Made by a program: the position numbers and the translations under genes | Shown: positions 38,629-48,981 of the stretch, piece by piece | Layout: every line of letters starts with the position of its first letter | Position numbering within the stretch: the stretch's first letter is position 1 | DNA from: an uncultured bacterium | GTDB taxonomy: Bacteria; Babelota; Babeliae; Babelales; Vermiphilaceae | Direction of reading: 5' to 3' | Assembly: GCA_963702025.1 (NCBI GenBank) | Contig: OY969699.1 | Span: 864,001-928,000 of the forward strand | Length of the DNA: 64,000 bases | Notes under the pieces: model-generated | Told to the model about the DNA's origin: nothing | What the model saw: the letters and a program-made list of their open reading frames with translations, nothing else | Database searches by the model: none

Positions 38629-39936
38629 ATGATGAAATTTTTATACTATTTTGCCACATTATTGATAATTGCCTGCCCTTTGCTTGCTATGGAGCTGCCG
38701 GGCAAACAAATAAAGAAACGAGCGGGTGAAGAAATTGAGCAAGAAAAGCCAACAAAAGTACCGGCTCTTGAAGTATGTCAAGAAAAAGAGATTGAAAAAT
38801 TGCAGGAAGAAGAATGGAAGCAAAAATCTGAATTTGAACAATTGCCTGATGAGATAAAGCAGCATATTTTCAGCTATTTAACAACATCGCGAGGTGCAAC
38901 TAAAGAAGCTCGTTTGCATGTAGCAGCAGAGAATATTAGATCCTTAGTAAGAACAAGTAAGGTATTTCAGTTGTTCTTGGATGATCAGCAAATTGCAGGT
39001 TATCTGTTTCATGAATTGGCAAAAAATTATGTTGCAGCAGATCCAAAAAATGTGACTCCAAAAGATTTGGTAACCGCTGCGCTTGCTTTGCAAACTGCCG
39101 GAGCAGGAAGATGGCTGAATGGTAAAGCATTTGTATTGGATCATTCTCTTGTCACCGATATCGGTAAACAAATAATTAATAAGTTTTTCATGGCTGCGCA
39201 AGATAGTGATTGGGCAAAGTTAAACTTTCTTATCCGTTACATTCCTAATTTGATAACGAGCGTTAATGATAAGAACTGGACATTATTACAGGTTGCAGCA
39301 GATTCAGGTGATCTCAAATTAGTAAATTTTGCAATTGATGCTTATAAAGCAATAAATAGGCTTGATTTATTTTTGGCGCCGACCCCACAGCATACATCTC
39401 CTTTATCATTTGCAGCATTTAGTGGAAATGTGGCAGTTTTTGATCTGATTTATAATAACATTCCTATTAATTATCGTACTTTTATTGTTCAATCATTTAA
39501 TCAGGAAGGGTACAATGTTTTGCATATGGCAGTGGGAGCAAAAGGCCATAGTGCTATGATTGATCGAGTTCGTCAACTGCCAGAAATTGGATTTCTTGTT
39601 AATCAAGCTGATAGACGGTCAAATAATCCCCTTATGGTAGCTATTGCAAATGATGATCTTGATGCAGTAGAGAGATTGGTGGCCATTCCGGGAATAGCGC
39701 TTAATTTTCGGGGTCCAGGTGGGGCAACGGCACTTATTCAAGCGGTAAAAAAATTTAATGTGGAAATGATCAAGATGCTTTTAAATCAGCCGAATATCGA
39801 TGTTAACATAGAAGATATATTCGGCCGTAACGCATTTTATTATTCGCAATACCAACCATTACCAACCACATGCGCATTTTCTCCAACCGTGCGGAATGCT
39901 ATTAATAAATTGCTACGTCAGCATGGGGCACATTAA
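38629..39936 (+). CDS. Secreted F-box-like plus ankyrin repeat protein
   Basis: ..LLA-MELP; FEQLPDEIKQHIFSYL; C-terminal ankyrins. Confidence 0.85.
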   Translation: MMKFLYYFATLLIIACPLLAMELPGKQIKKRAGEEIEQEKPTKVPALEVCQEKEIEKLQEEEWKQKSEFEQLPDEIKQHIFSYLTTSRGATKEARLHVAAENIRSLVRTSKVFQLFLDDQQIAGYLFHELAKNYVAADPKNVTPKDLVTAALALQTAGAGRWLNGKAFVLDHSLVTDIGKQIINKFFMAAQDSDWAKLNFLIRYIPNLITSVNDKNWTLLQVAADSGDLKLVNFAIDAYKAINRLDLFLAPTPQHTSPLSFAAFSGNVAVFDLIYNNIPINYRTFIVQSFNQEGYNVLHMAVGAKGHSAMIDRVRQLPEIGFLVNQADRRSNNPLMVAIANDDLDAVERLVAIPGIALNFRGPGGATALIQAVKKFNVEMIKMLLNQPNIDVNIEDIFGRNAFYYSQYQPLPTTCAFSPTVRNAINKLLRQHGAH

Positions 39937-40082
39937 AATGAAGCGCTATGATTTCCCCTTTATTCTAGTCCTTTTTTTTTCCCGTTTCTCTTATTGCGTG
40001 CCAACTATTTATTGACAATTAGAAATATAATTTGATAGAGTTAAAATAGCTTAAATTATTGTTTAAAAATCGGAGTATTTTT

Positions 40083-40874
40083 ATGAAACGTACTATTTTA
40101 GTTTTAACCATATTGTCTTTTTTAGTTGTAAGTAATCTGAATGCGATTGCAATTGAAATAAAGCCCATAACAGAAGTTGTTGGCGCGAATCAAGGAAATG
40201 AGGACCCGATTTCGCATGAGCCTTTTATTGATTTAATTAAAGAAAAACAAGATCTGGGTCTTCCCTATATTATTGCTCAGGTTAAAACCATTGCCAAGGG
40301 TAAAGAAACATTTCATATCTATGATGCCGCAGCATTTAATCGCTATTTATTCGGACGAGAAACCCCGCTTGCGCTTAAAAAAGAAACGCTTCCCACGTTG
40401 TTAAGGGTAAAGATGAATCCTGCCAATCGTTTGCCGATGCAGCAAATTTCTTATTTTATTCGCTATCCCGATAAAGATTATTTTGAATTTGCCGGATCGG
40501 AACAAGATTTTTTCTCAGCGAAGCCAACCTCACTATTTTTTATACTGATGGCCAATTTTAGTGGTATTGATTCTGCAAGAAATACTTTAGCAGAGGCCTA
40601 TTTTAAAGCAAAAGACTATGAAAAATCAAAATTCTATTTCGAACTTGCATATAGATTAAATAAGGCCCTTGATTGGAAAGGAAGAGCTGCTTACTACCTT
40701 GGTACCATGTATGAAGAGGGTTTGGGTGTGCCACAAGACGATGCCAAAGCTCTTAAATATCTTAAAGAAGCAGTTGATTTAATGCCCGAAATAGCAGGAG
40801 TTGAAAACCCATTTAAGGTAAGATTACGTGCGCTCGAAGAGCGTATGGAAAGGAAGTTTCAAAAAAGCTGGTAA
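40083..40874 (+). CDS. Secreted Sel1/TPR repeat protein
   Basis: AAYYLGTMYEEGLGVPQDDAKALKYL Sel1 repeat; signal peptide; GGAG RBS. Confidence 0.8.
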   Translation: MKRTILVLTILSFLVVSNLNAIAIEIKPITEVVGANQGNEDPISHEPFIDLIKEKQDLGLPYIIAQVKTIAKGKETFHIYDAAAFNRYLFGRETPLALKKETLPTLLRVKMNPANRLPMQQISYFIRYPDKDYFEFAGSEQDFFSAKPTSLFFILMANFSGIDSARNTLAEAYFKAKDYEKSKFYFELAYRLNKALDWKGRAAYYLGTMYEEGLGVPQDDAKALKYLKEAVDLMPEIAGVENPFKVRLRALEERMERKFQKSW

Positions 40875-40920
40875 AAGAAGTGAAATAGGGAATTATTGTT
40901 TAAAAAACGGAGTTTTTAGA

Positions 40921-42267
40921 ATGAAGAGTCTTAAAATTATATTTTGTGCATTATTATTGATTGCGCTGCCTTTGGTTGCTATGGAGCTGCCAAAAGGAAC
41001 TAAGAAACGGGCCGCTGAAGAAATTGAAGAAGAAAAACCAGCAAAAGTGCAAGCAATTGAAAGTGAGCAAGAGCAAGAAATTGGTAAAGCATTAGAAAAA
41101 GAATATGCTCGGATTGCGCAAGAAGAAAAAATAGAAAAAGAATGGCAAAAAAAATCGGCCTTTGAACGTTTGCCACCTGAAATACAAACGCACATTATTT
41201 CATTTTTAACAACGGCAAAAGGAGTTAACAGAGATGCCCGTTTGCAAGCAGCCGCGCAAAATATTCGTAATTTTATACTAACAAGCAAAACGTTCCAAGC
41301 CCTGCTGGATGATGAAAAGGTGGCTGAATATTTGATTACTGAATTGGCAAAAAATTATATAGCGCAGAACCCAAAAAAAGTAAATCCTGCTGATTTAGTT
41401 AAAGCTGCTCTTGCTTTGCAAACTGCCGGCGCGGGTAACTGGTTGCTATCCACCTACAAAATGACAGCAAGTAGATTGATTGTGAATTCGCTTTTTAGTG
41501 CAGCCGATAGCAATGATCTTAACAGAGTTTCATTTATTTTACGGTATATTCCTGCGTTACTAAATGCCACCGACAACAAGCGCGAAGATGAATACGAGGG
41601 ATGGAACTTGCTTCAAAGAGCGGCCAATCAGGGGCAAGCTGATATAATTGATCTTGTATTGCGTGCGTATGCTACCAATAAACAGCCTGTTCCTTTGATG
41701 GCGTTGACTCCCGGCGGTTCAAATTTGCTCTCGCTTGCAGCCTCAAGCGGTAATCTGGCTGCATTTGATAGAATTTATAATCTTCTTCCGGTAGAAAAAC
41801 GCATTGAATCTCTTACATTGGCAAATAGCAGCGGTAATACTGGATTACATTATGCGGCACAGAACGGCCATCTTGCAATGGTGGATCGCATTCTTAATGA
41901 ACCGGGAACCCAGGCGCTCGTTAATACAGCCAATGAAGATGGCGACACACCGCTTTTTATGGCCGTTGAACAAAATTATTCCGCTATAGTCACCAGATTG
42001 TTGCAGGTGCCGGGTATTGATGTGAATATCCAGGACAACGCCGGGAGAACGCCACTTATCATGGCGATACTAAATAGTAGTCCGGAGATAGTTAAGGCCT
42101 TACTCAAAAAGCAAGGATTTGGTGGCGCGGAATCTTTAAATATTAATTTAAGAAATAATTATGGCCTGACCGCATTAGATTTGGCCAAGAGTCTTGTTCC
42201 TTCGCAAGAAGACACCGGGCAAAGAGATGCCATCATTAAAATGCTTATTGAGCATGGAGCAAAGTAA
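40921..42267 (+). CDS. Secreted F-box-like plus ankyrin repeat protein
   Basis: ..LVA-MELP; FERLPPEIQTHIISFL; ankyrins. Confidence 0.85.
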   Translation: MKSLKIIFCALLLIALPLVAMELPKGTKKRAAEEIEEEKPAKVQAIESEQEQEIGKALEKEYARIAQEEKIEKEWQKKSAFERLPPEIQTHIISFLTTAKGVNRDARLQAAAQNIRNFILTSKTFQALLDDEKVAEYLITELAKNYIAQNPKKVNPADLVKAALALQTAGAGNWLLSTYKMTASRLIVNSLFSAADSNDLNRVSFILRYIPALLNATDNKREDEYEGWNLLQRAANQGQADIIDLVLRAYATNKQPVPLMALTPGGSNLLSLAASSGNLAAFDRIYNLLPVEKRIESLTLANSSGNTGLHYAAQNGHLAMVDRILNEPGTQALVNTANEDGDTPLFMAVEQNYSAIVTRLLQVPGIDVNIQDNAGRTPLIMAILNSSPEIVKALLKKQGFGGAESLNINLRNNYGLTALDLAKSLVPSQEDTGQRDAIIKMLIEHGAK

Positions 42268-43550
42268 TGAAGAGTCTTAAAATTGTATTTTGCGCATCAT
42301 TAATCATTGCCTTTCCTTTGGTTGCCATGGAGCTGCCAAAAGGAACTAAGAAACGGGCCGCTGAAGAAATTGAAGAAGAAAAGCCGGCAAAAGTGCAGGC
42401 AATTGAAGAAAGTGAAAAATCGGCATTCGAACGCTTGCCGATTGAACTTCAAACGCATATTCTCAGTTTCTTAACAACGGCACGAGGAAAAACCAAAGAA
42501 GCGCGGCTGAATGCTGCAACTGAAAATATTAGAAATTTTATGTCACTCAGCAAAGCGTTTCAACCCCTGTTAAATGATGAGAAAATAGCCGATTATTTGA
42601 TTCATGAATTGGCAAAAAACTATATTGCGGCAAATCGCAACAAGATTCAAGAAAGCGATCTTATTGATGCAGCTCTTGCCTTACAAACTATTGGTGCAGG
42701 TAGATGGCTCAAAGCACAATCATTCAGACGAACTATTATTACTTATTTGGGCGTTGCTTTATTGCGTGAACTCTTTCAAGTGGTAGAAAAAAATAATCTT
42801 GCAAAGGCAGGGTTTATTCTTTCATATGTACCTGAATTGGTAAATCGCCCCCGCATGGAATATGGGCAACCTGGAATGTTGAGCGGAGATGAACGTTTAT
42901 TATTTGTGGCAATAGATAAAAAGAATGTGCCGATGATAGAATTGTTGCTCAAGGTACCTGGGGTGGATACTAATGTAACCGACCAATGCGGTAATGGTTT
43001 AATACTCCTAGCAATCTGGACCAATGACCTTGCAGTTTTTGAAAAGGTTCTTACTGCACCCGGGATTAATGTGAATCATAAAAATAATAAGGGGCATTCT
43101 CCGTTCTTTGCGATAATGAACGATGACGATCTTGATAAAATAGCGTTTCTTAGGGCACTGCTCAATGCTCCGGGAGTAGATGTTAATATCCGAAATAAAT
43201 ATAATAGCACACCATTGATATATGCTGTTGATGCTCGCTTAATCGATGAGATAAAAATTCTTTTGAATAATCCTGGTGTTGACGTTAATCTACAAAATGC
43301 TCGTGGGCAGACCGCACTTATTGAAGCGGTTCACAATTCAATCCCAGTATTAACAACAGATAACTTAAAAATGGTCGAAACTCTTTTAAGCAATCCGAAT
43401 ATCAATGTGAACATTGCCGACAATAATGGCATTACGGCACTTGCCCTTGCAAGAAATACCCAAGATACCGCCCAAAGCCATGCCGTGCGGGCTCTGATTA
43501 TTAAAATGCTCATGGAGCATGGGGCCGAGGAGCCACCGGCTGGCCATTAA
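42267..43550 (+). CDS. Secreted F-box-like plus ankyrin repeat protein
   Basis: ..LVA-MELP; FERLPIELQTHILSFL; ankyrins. Confidence 0.85.
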   Translation: MKSLKIVFCASLIIAFPLVAMELPKGTKKRAAEEIEEEKPAKVQAIEESEKSAFERLPIELQTHILSFLTTARGKTKEARLNAATENIRNFMSLSKAFQPLLNDEKIADYLIHELAKNYIAANRNKIQESDLIDAALALQTIGAGRWLKAQSFRRTIITYLGVALLRELFQVVEKNNLAKAGFILSYVPELVNRPRMEYGQPGMLSGDERLLFVAIDKKNVPMIELLLKVPGVDTNVTDQCGNGLILLAIWTNDLAVFEKVLTAPGINVNHKNNKGHSPFFAIMNDDDLDKIAFLRALLNAPGVDVNIRNKYNSTPLIYAVDARLIDEIKILLNNPGVDVNLQNARGQTALIEAVHNSIPVLTTDNLKMVETLLSNPNINVNIADNNGITALALARNTQDTAQSHAVRALIIKMLMEHGAEEPPAGH

Positions 43551-43556
43551 ATTTTT

Positions 43557-44060
43557 TTAAATTAATTTGGGCCGCAATGCTCGTTGAAGATCTACATTGG
43601 TGGTTAACTCTTGCGCAATTTGTTCCTTATTATTTTTTAGATTCAGATCCGGATTGTATTTAAGTAAGAGCATCACAAGCTCTTTATTATTGGCACGCGC
43701 GGCAATCATTATTGCAGTGAAGCCATCTCTGTTTTGTGCATTAATGTTTGCTTTTTTTTCTAAGAGGAGCGTGATAATGTGCAGATAATTTTGTTTGGCA
43801 GCATCGTTTTTTGCGCTCACATAGCGCTGCACTGCTCTCATTAACGGCGTGTATTTATCGCTGTCTTCTTCATTCACATTAAAATTCTTGAGCAGTAAAT
43901 TTTTAAGTTCAGTCTCATTTCCTTTTTGCACCGCATCAATAACCGGCGTTGGGCGAATTTGCAATTCTTCGCCTGATGGTATGCGGGGCAGTTGCATAGC
44001 GGTGAGATTTGCCATTGAGGCAGTAATGAGAATGGTGAGAACAAGAGGTCTAATCATCAT
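43557..44060 (-). CDS. Small secreted ankyrin repeat protein
   Basis: ..LTA-MQLP; TPLMRAV, TAIMIAA. Confidence 0.85.
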   Translation of the reverse strand: MMIRPLVLTILITASMANLTAMQLPRIPSGEELQIRPTPVIDAVQKGNETELKNLLLKNFNVNEEDSDKYTPLMRAVQRYVSAKNDAAKQNYLHIITLLLEKKANINAQNRDGFTAIMIAARANNKELVMLLLKYNPDLNLKNNKEQIAQELTTNVDLQRALRPKLI

Positions 44061-44129
44061 TTTTTACTCCGTAGGTTTTTTGTTTTATAGCGTAGCAGAG
44101 GTGGGGAATTTATTACGATAGTTTTTTAT

Positions 44130-44730
44130 TTGCCGTCCGCGGCAATGGCAGGAATATTTATTTATTTAATCGCCCTCCGGGCGTAGGCCAAAGGGTGTTA
44201 AATCTGAACACCCTTTGGAATCCCCAGACCAAGGCTGCGCCTTTGGATCCCTCATTTCGTGCCAATTCGCGACCTCGCGCTTGGCGCTCCAATCGCTCAG
44301 TGGCACTTGTCTGAATTTCTTATTAAATTTTTTAAACCGTTCGTGCTGACCCTTCGGCAAAGCTCAGGAGTAAACGCCCAGCCTACCCGCCGAAGCTTTA
44401 GCGAAGGCTGGGTCGAAGCATTTTTTAATAATGTCTTTTGCTAGGGGTTTTGGGGTCCCCTCGAGCAAAAGCTATTTCCTTAGCATTCTAATGGTAGGGG
44501 TTAAATTCCAATCTAGGCGGTACCGAGCTCGAATAGGCGTAGCCTATGAGTGGCGAGAGGCTGCCTTGTCCGCTGTAAGCGGCATGTGCAGCCGTGATGA
44601 GCGCCGTCGGGATCCCCAAGGTGCACCTTGGGTGAACGGGGGTGTGGGGGCGTTTTCAAGAACGCCACCACGTTAATCGCTGGCCGCGGAGGCCAAATAA
44701 AAATATAATTTCTTCTGCTGCCCGCAGGTC
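44130..44730. repeat. Composite GC-rich multi-hairpin repeat cluster
   Basis: Minus-oriented hairpin module (44161-44320), nested REP core (44337-44421), plus-oriented module (44419-44712). Confidence 0.75.
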
Positions 44731-44734
44731 AAAA

Positions 44735-46819
44735 TTACTTTGTATACCTGCTACCAGTTATGGCAACCAATTTTTCAGTCAACGAAAACCATGGATATCG
44801 TTCATCATGATTATGGCACATCGCAGTTTGTGCCTGCGCAATGGTTAAGGCGGTATTGCCGTTATGGTCGGTGAGCAATGGATCGGCGCCGGCATTGCTT
44901 AAAATATCAATTATGTTTTCACCACTTACGGAGCGCACTGCGATCATTAATGGTGTTTTGCCGGTAGGGTCTTGGGCATTAACATTAGCTTTATGGTCTA
45001 AAAGAAATTGCACGAGTGAGCCATTAAAGCTTTCAGCAGCATAATGCAGTGCCGTTTTCCCTTGACTATTTTTTTCTGCTATTATTGCCCCATGTTTTAC
45101 CAATAATTCCGCTATTTCCAAAGGTCTTTCATGTCTTTCATAATGCCAACTTTTACAAAGATGTTGCAAGGGCGTTTTCCCTTTATATTCTCCTTTCAGG
45201 TTCGGATTATTTTCTAATAAATACTGAACAATTTCTTTATTTCTGGAGCTTATTGCTGTGTGTAGCATTATGTGTTTATGTGTGGATAAATCGGCGCCGG
45301 CTTCTATCAGACATTTAATAATAGCAAGATTGTTTGTTAAACAGAGCGGAGCTTCTTCTGTGCCGGCATTAATGGCATAATCTGCATTCTTCTTTAATAG
45401 GAGTGAAACTAACTCTTCATTATCATGCAGACACGCTACCATGAGTGGGCTGTAATTGTTTTTTGAAACCATATTTACGCAGGCGCCGTGTTCTAATAAC
45501 AGGGTAACGAGTGGAAGGTTTGACCGTTCGCATGCTATCATGAGAGGTGTTTTCCCTTCATTGTTTGCTTTGTCAACAATAATGGCTTTATTGGCAAGTA
45601 ATGTTGTTACTGATTGTAACTTTTTTTCACGTACCGCTTCGGTAAGAGGCGTATTGCCATCCCTATCAGCAGCATTGATATCAGCACCCAGATTAGTAAG
45701 AATTTTTACCGCTTCATGATAATCATTTTCCTTATCCCATCTGCAACATTGATGAAGAGGTCTAGATTTAAAATAATTGTCCACAATTTCATCGGGATCA
45801 ACGCCACGCTTAACCAGAAGTTGCGCAATATCAGCAAATCCCTTGATTGCGGCGGTTAAAAGTGCTTTGCCGGTCGGTTTAAGCTTATGCGCAAGCAAGA
45901 TTGTAAGAAAGGGAATATTGCGTTTTGTAATAACATCATCGATTAATCTGGCATGCACTTCGGCATTACCCGCGATAGCAGGATCTTTGAGAAACATTCT
46001 TTGGAATTCGGGATCTGGATAATCGGGTATCTTTTTTGCAATATTACCAAGGTTCCAAGAATCTATCTGTGTAAGATCAATATTACGCGGATAAATAAGA
46101 TCAACCAGTGGTTTGTTTTTTTGGTGTAGAGCTATCAACAAGGCTTTTTCTTTATTGTCATGCTTTTCGTATTCAATTAATCGTTGAGCAGCAGGAACAT
46201 TGCCCGCAAGAGCTGCATAAATAAATGGCGTGCGGTTAAAGTAGTCATAGGTATCGGTTAAGGCTTGTTGTTCGAGCAAGAGTGCTGTTGCCTTTTGATT
46301 ATGGTGCATAATTGCGTGGCTCAACAAAGATGTATTATTCTTGTCGCACAAATTAGGATCTATTGTTCTCTGATTGATAAGTTTCTGTAAAAAATTAATG
46401 GGAGCTTTTTGGATGATTGCTTGCATGGCTACTGCTATTATTTTTTTCGCGTCATTGCTATTGTTCAAATCTTCCAGCCAATTCCATTTTAATTTACTCT
46501 TGAGTGCAAGAACTTGAGTGATTTTATGATCAGCATCTTTTTGTATTGATTGTGGTAAGAATGAGAGAAGTTTATAAATATCGGAATGATAGTTGGTGCC
46601 CCAGCGTTTATCAAAGACAATGCAATAGTTGCGGATATCATTGAGATTTTTATTTTCCCCCACGTGGTGCAATATTTTAAGGTGTAGTTCAAGGGGTAAA
46701 AGTTCGAGGCAGGGAGCTATCGGCATTTTTTCCTGTTTTTCCATTGCATGAATCGTTGTACTCAGCAAAAGGAGAAATAAACTCCTTTTGAAGCAAATAG
46801 TGTGCATCATTGCGCTCAT
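44735..46819 (-). CDS. Secreted F-box-like plus ankyrin repeat protein
   Basis: ..IHA-MEK; LELLPLELHLKILHHV; many ankyrins. Confidence 0.88.
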   Translation of the reverse strand: MSAMMHTICFKRSLFLLLLSTTIHAMEKQEKMPIAPCLELLPLELHLKILHHVGENKNLNDIRNYCIVFDKRWGTNYHSDIYKLLSFLPQSIQKDADHKITQVLALKSKLKWNWLEDLNNSNDAKKIIAVAMQAIIQKAPINFLQKLINQRTIDPNLCDKNNTSLLSHAIMHHNQKATALLLEQQALTDTYDYFNRTPFIYAALAGNVPAAQRLIEYEKHDNKEKALLIALHQKNKPLVDLIYPRNIDLTQIDSWNLGNIAKKIPDYPDPEFQRMFLKDPAIAGNAEVHARLIDDVITKRNIPFLTILLAHKLKPTGKALLTAAIKGFADIAQLLVKRGVDPDEIVDNYFKSRPLHQCCRWDKENDYHEAVKILTNLGADINAADRDGNTPLTEAVREKKLQSVTTLLANKAIIVDKANNEGKTPLMIACERSNLPLVTLLLEHGACVNMVSKNNYSPLMVACLHDNEELVSLLLKKNADYAINAGTEEAPLCLTNNLAIIKCLIEAGADLSTHKHIMLHTAISSRNKEIVQYLLENNPNLKGEYKGKTPLQHLCKSWHYERHERPLEIAELLVKHGAIIAEKNSQGKTALHYAAESFNGSLVQFLLDHKANVNAQDPTGKTPLMIAVRSVSGENIIDILSNAGADPLLTDHNGNTALTIAQAQTAMCHNHDERYPWFSLTEKLVAITGSRYTK

Positions 46820-46865
46820 TTTTTAATTTGGTATTTATCCGTGATTGAAGCAGAGCATACAAAAA

Positions 46866-48929
46866 TTATTTTTGGAAGGCGAGCTTTTTATCATTGCCGC
46901 TATACGTAATCATTTTTTCTATAATTGGCAGCCAATTTATGGTGTAATCTTGATATTTACGGCATTGAGCTGCTTGCTCTTGCGCGGAGCTCAGTGCACT
47001 GAATCCATCATTATCTTTTATCCAAGGATTAGCTCCCGCATCAAGAAGCGTATGAACAATTTCACCATTTTCTGCTGTAATGGCATGCATTAATGGTGTT
47101 TTGCCTTCATCGTCTTGTGCATTAAAATTTGCTCCTTTTTTTATCAGAAGAGTCATAAACGGGATCCGTAAGCGAGAATCAACACGGTGAGCCGCAATGT
47201 GATGCAATGGAGTTTGGCCTTTCATGTCGGTAGCATTAACAGTAATGCCTGCATCGAGTAACAATCGGGCGCAGCATAGATAGTTTTCTCCTTGAGTATC
47301 GGTCAAATCAGCTAAAGTGTGCAATAATGTTTTACCACAATGTTGCGTAGTAACATCAGCTCCTTTTTCTAAGAGCATCTTAAGAAGTTTACTGTTTTTG
47401 GTTGTTACGGCTCCCAAAAGCATGCTATTTTTACTTGCCTGAAAATCGGCCCCTGCTTTAATGAGTTTTTTAATGATGTGCGACGATCCCCTAAATGCTG
47501 CAACATCTAATGGTGATCTTCCGCAGGGATTGCGAGCGTTCGGGTCTGCTTTGGCCTCAAGCAAAAAATCAATAACCGGTTCGCTTTGTTCGCAAATGGC
47601 CAGAGCATCGTGAGGAATTTGAGCACCATGGCTTATGAGTAATTTAATGATAGAAATATCGCCACATTGTAAAGCGGGTGATATTGGGGTTTCTCCCCGT
47701 TTATTTTTTTCATTCGCCGTGGCTCCGTGATCGAGCAATATTTGTATGATATGCGGGCATGGATAATTGGCGGCAACAAATAATGGCTTTATGCCAAATT
47801 GTTTATCTTCCTTGCTAACATCGAGACCTAAAGAGATGAGCAATTTAATGGCACGAGGATCATCTTCTCCTTTATTCCAAAGCCGAAAAAATATACCATA
47901 ATTAGGATCGGCGCCACCCTTTACCAGGATTTGCGCAACCTCAGCGAGATTATTGTATACTGCATTAAACAACATATCTTGCGTAATTTTAATCTCTGCC
48001 GATTTTTCTGTTAAGAGCCACGTGATCAGATTAGTATTGTTATTTTTGATAGCGGAGTTCAGTAAGTTTTCTAAACGGTAAACGGAAAAAATTCTCGCAT
48101 CGGTACTTATTATTTTTTTGCAAACGGCCGGATCGGTATAATGTGAGAGGCCTTCCATGAGACTATGAAGGTGATTATAATCAATTTCTTTAGGGTAGAG
48201 ATATTCAACAATTTCTTTACTATTATTTTTCAACGCGAGGCACCAAGATTCAAATTTGTTGATTGCTTTTTTTTCAACCAATTTTTTAACCAGTGGTAAA
48301 TTGTTTTTTAAAATTGCATAATCGAGTGGTGTTCGGGAAAATAGATCTTTTTTATTAAAAAAAAGCAACGCGGATTTATTTTCTAAAAGGTACAGTGCCG
48401 CAGCGTCATTATCATACAGTATGGCTCGAGAGAGTAATGATGTTTCATTCTCATCGGTTAGGTTAGCGCAAATTTGTTCTTGTGTAATAAGATGTTCTAA
48501 AAAAGCAACCGGTGCTTTTCGGGTGATTGCCTGGAGAGCAATCTCACTTTGTGTGCTCACTGCAGCATTTTTATAGTTTTTTTTGATCCAATCCCATTTA
48601 AGAACACTATTCAACGGGAGCAGATGACACATAGTATCATTAACATTCTTTTTTATCGATTGTGGTAAGAATGATATAAGTGCATCTATATCTGAGTGAT
48701 AGTTGGTGCCCCAGCGCTTGTCAAAGACAATGCAATAATTACGGATATCATTGAGGTTTTTATTTGTGCCCACATGCTTTAGTATTTCTAATTGCACATC
48801 TTTGGGAAGTGATTCTATGCAAGCAATCATTTGCTTTGGTTGGTGCTGTTTTTCCATGGCCTGGATGAAATGGATTGAAATAGTCAGGGAAATGAAAAGC
48901 GTAATTATTTTCCGGAAATAATTGTGCAT
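46866..48929 (-). CDS. Secreted F-box-like plus ankyrin repeat protein, paralog of 44735-46819
   Basis: ..IQA-MEK; IESLPKDVQLEILKHV; shared NKNLNDIRNYCIVFDKRWGTNYHSDI. Confidence 0.88.
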   Translation of the reverse strand: MHNYFRKIITLFISLTISIHFIQAMEKQHQPKQMIACIESLPKDVQLEILKHVGTNKNLNDIRNYCIVFDKRWGTNYHSDIDALISFLPQSIKKNVNDTMCHLLPLNSVLKWDWIKKNYKNAAVSTQSEIALQAITRKAPVAFLEHLITQEQICANLTDENETSLLSRAILYDNDAAALYLLENKSALLFFNKKDLFSRTPLDYAILKNNLPLVKKLVEKKAINKFESWCLALKNNSKEIVEYLYPKEIDYNHLHSLMEGLSHYTDPAVCKKIISTDARIFSVYRLENLLNSAIKNNNTNLITWLLTEKSAEIKITQDMLFNAVYNNLAEVAQILVKGGADPNYGIFFRLWNKGEDDPRAIKLLISLGLDVSKEDKQFGIKPLFVAANYPCPHIIQILLDHGATANEKNKRGETPISPALQCGDISIIKLLISHGAQIPHDALAICEQSEPVIDFLLEAKADPNARNPCGRSPLDVAAFRGSSHIIKKLIKAGADFQASKNSMLLGAVTTKNSKLLKMLLEKGADVTTQHCGKTLLHTLADLTDTQGENYLCCARLLLDAGITVNATDMKGQTPLHHIAAHRVDSRLRIPFMTLLIKKGANFNAQDDEGKTPLMHAITAENGEIVHTLLDAGANPWIKDNDGFSALSSAQEQAAQCRKYQDYTINWLPIIEKMITYSGNDKKLAFQK

Positions 48930-48941
48930 TTTTTATGATCC

Positions 48942-48973
48942 TTGCAGGGAGAGCAAACTTGCCCTCCCTGCAA
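48942..48973. terminator. Intergenic stem-loop
   Basis: TTGCAGGGAG...CTCCCTGCAA between co-oriented ankyrin genes; no clear U-tract. Confidence 0.4.
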
Positions 48974-48981
48974 TTTGTATC

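Noticed and set aside
44166..44848. ORFs 44166-44360, 44259-44444, 44431-44676 and 44642-44848, plus look-alikes 50842-51186, 50983-51189, 51256-51438 and 51465-51659
   Set aside because: They lie in GC-rich palindromic repeat clusters; the shared peptide text (RRYRARIG.AYEWREAAL) simply reflects the DNA inverted repeat; no RBS
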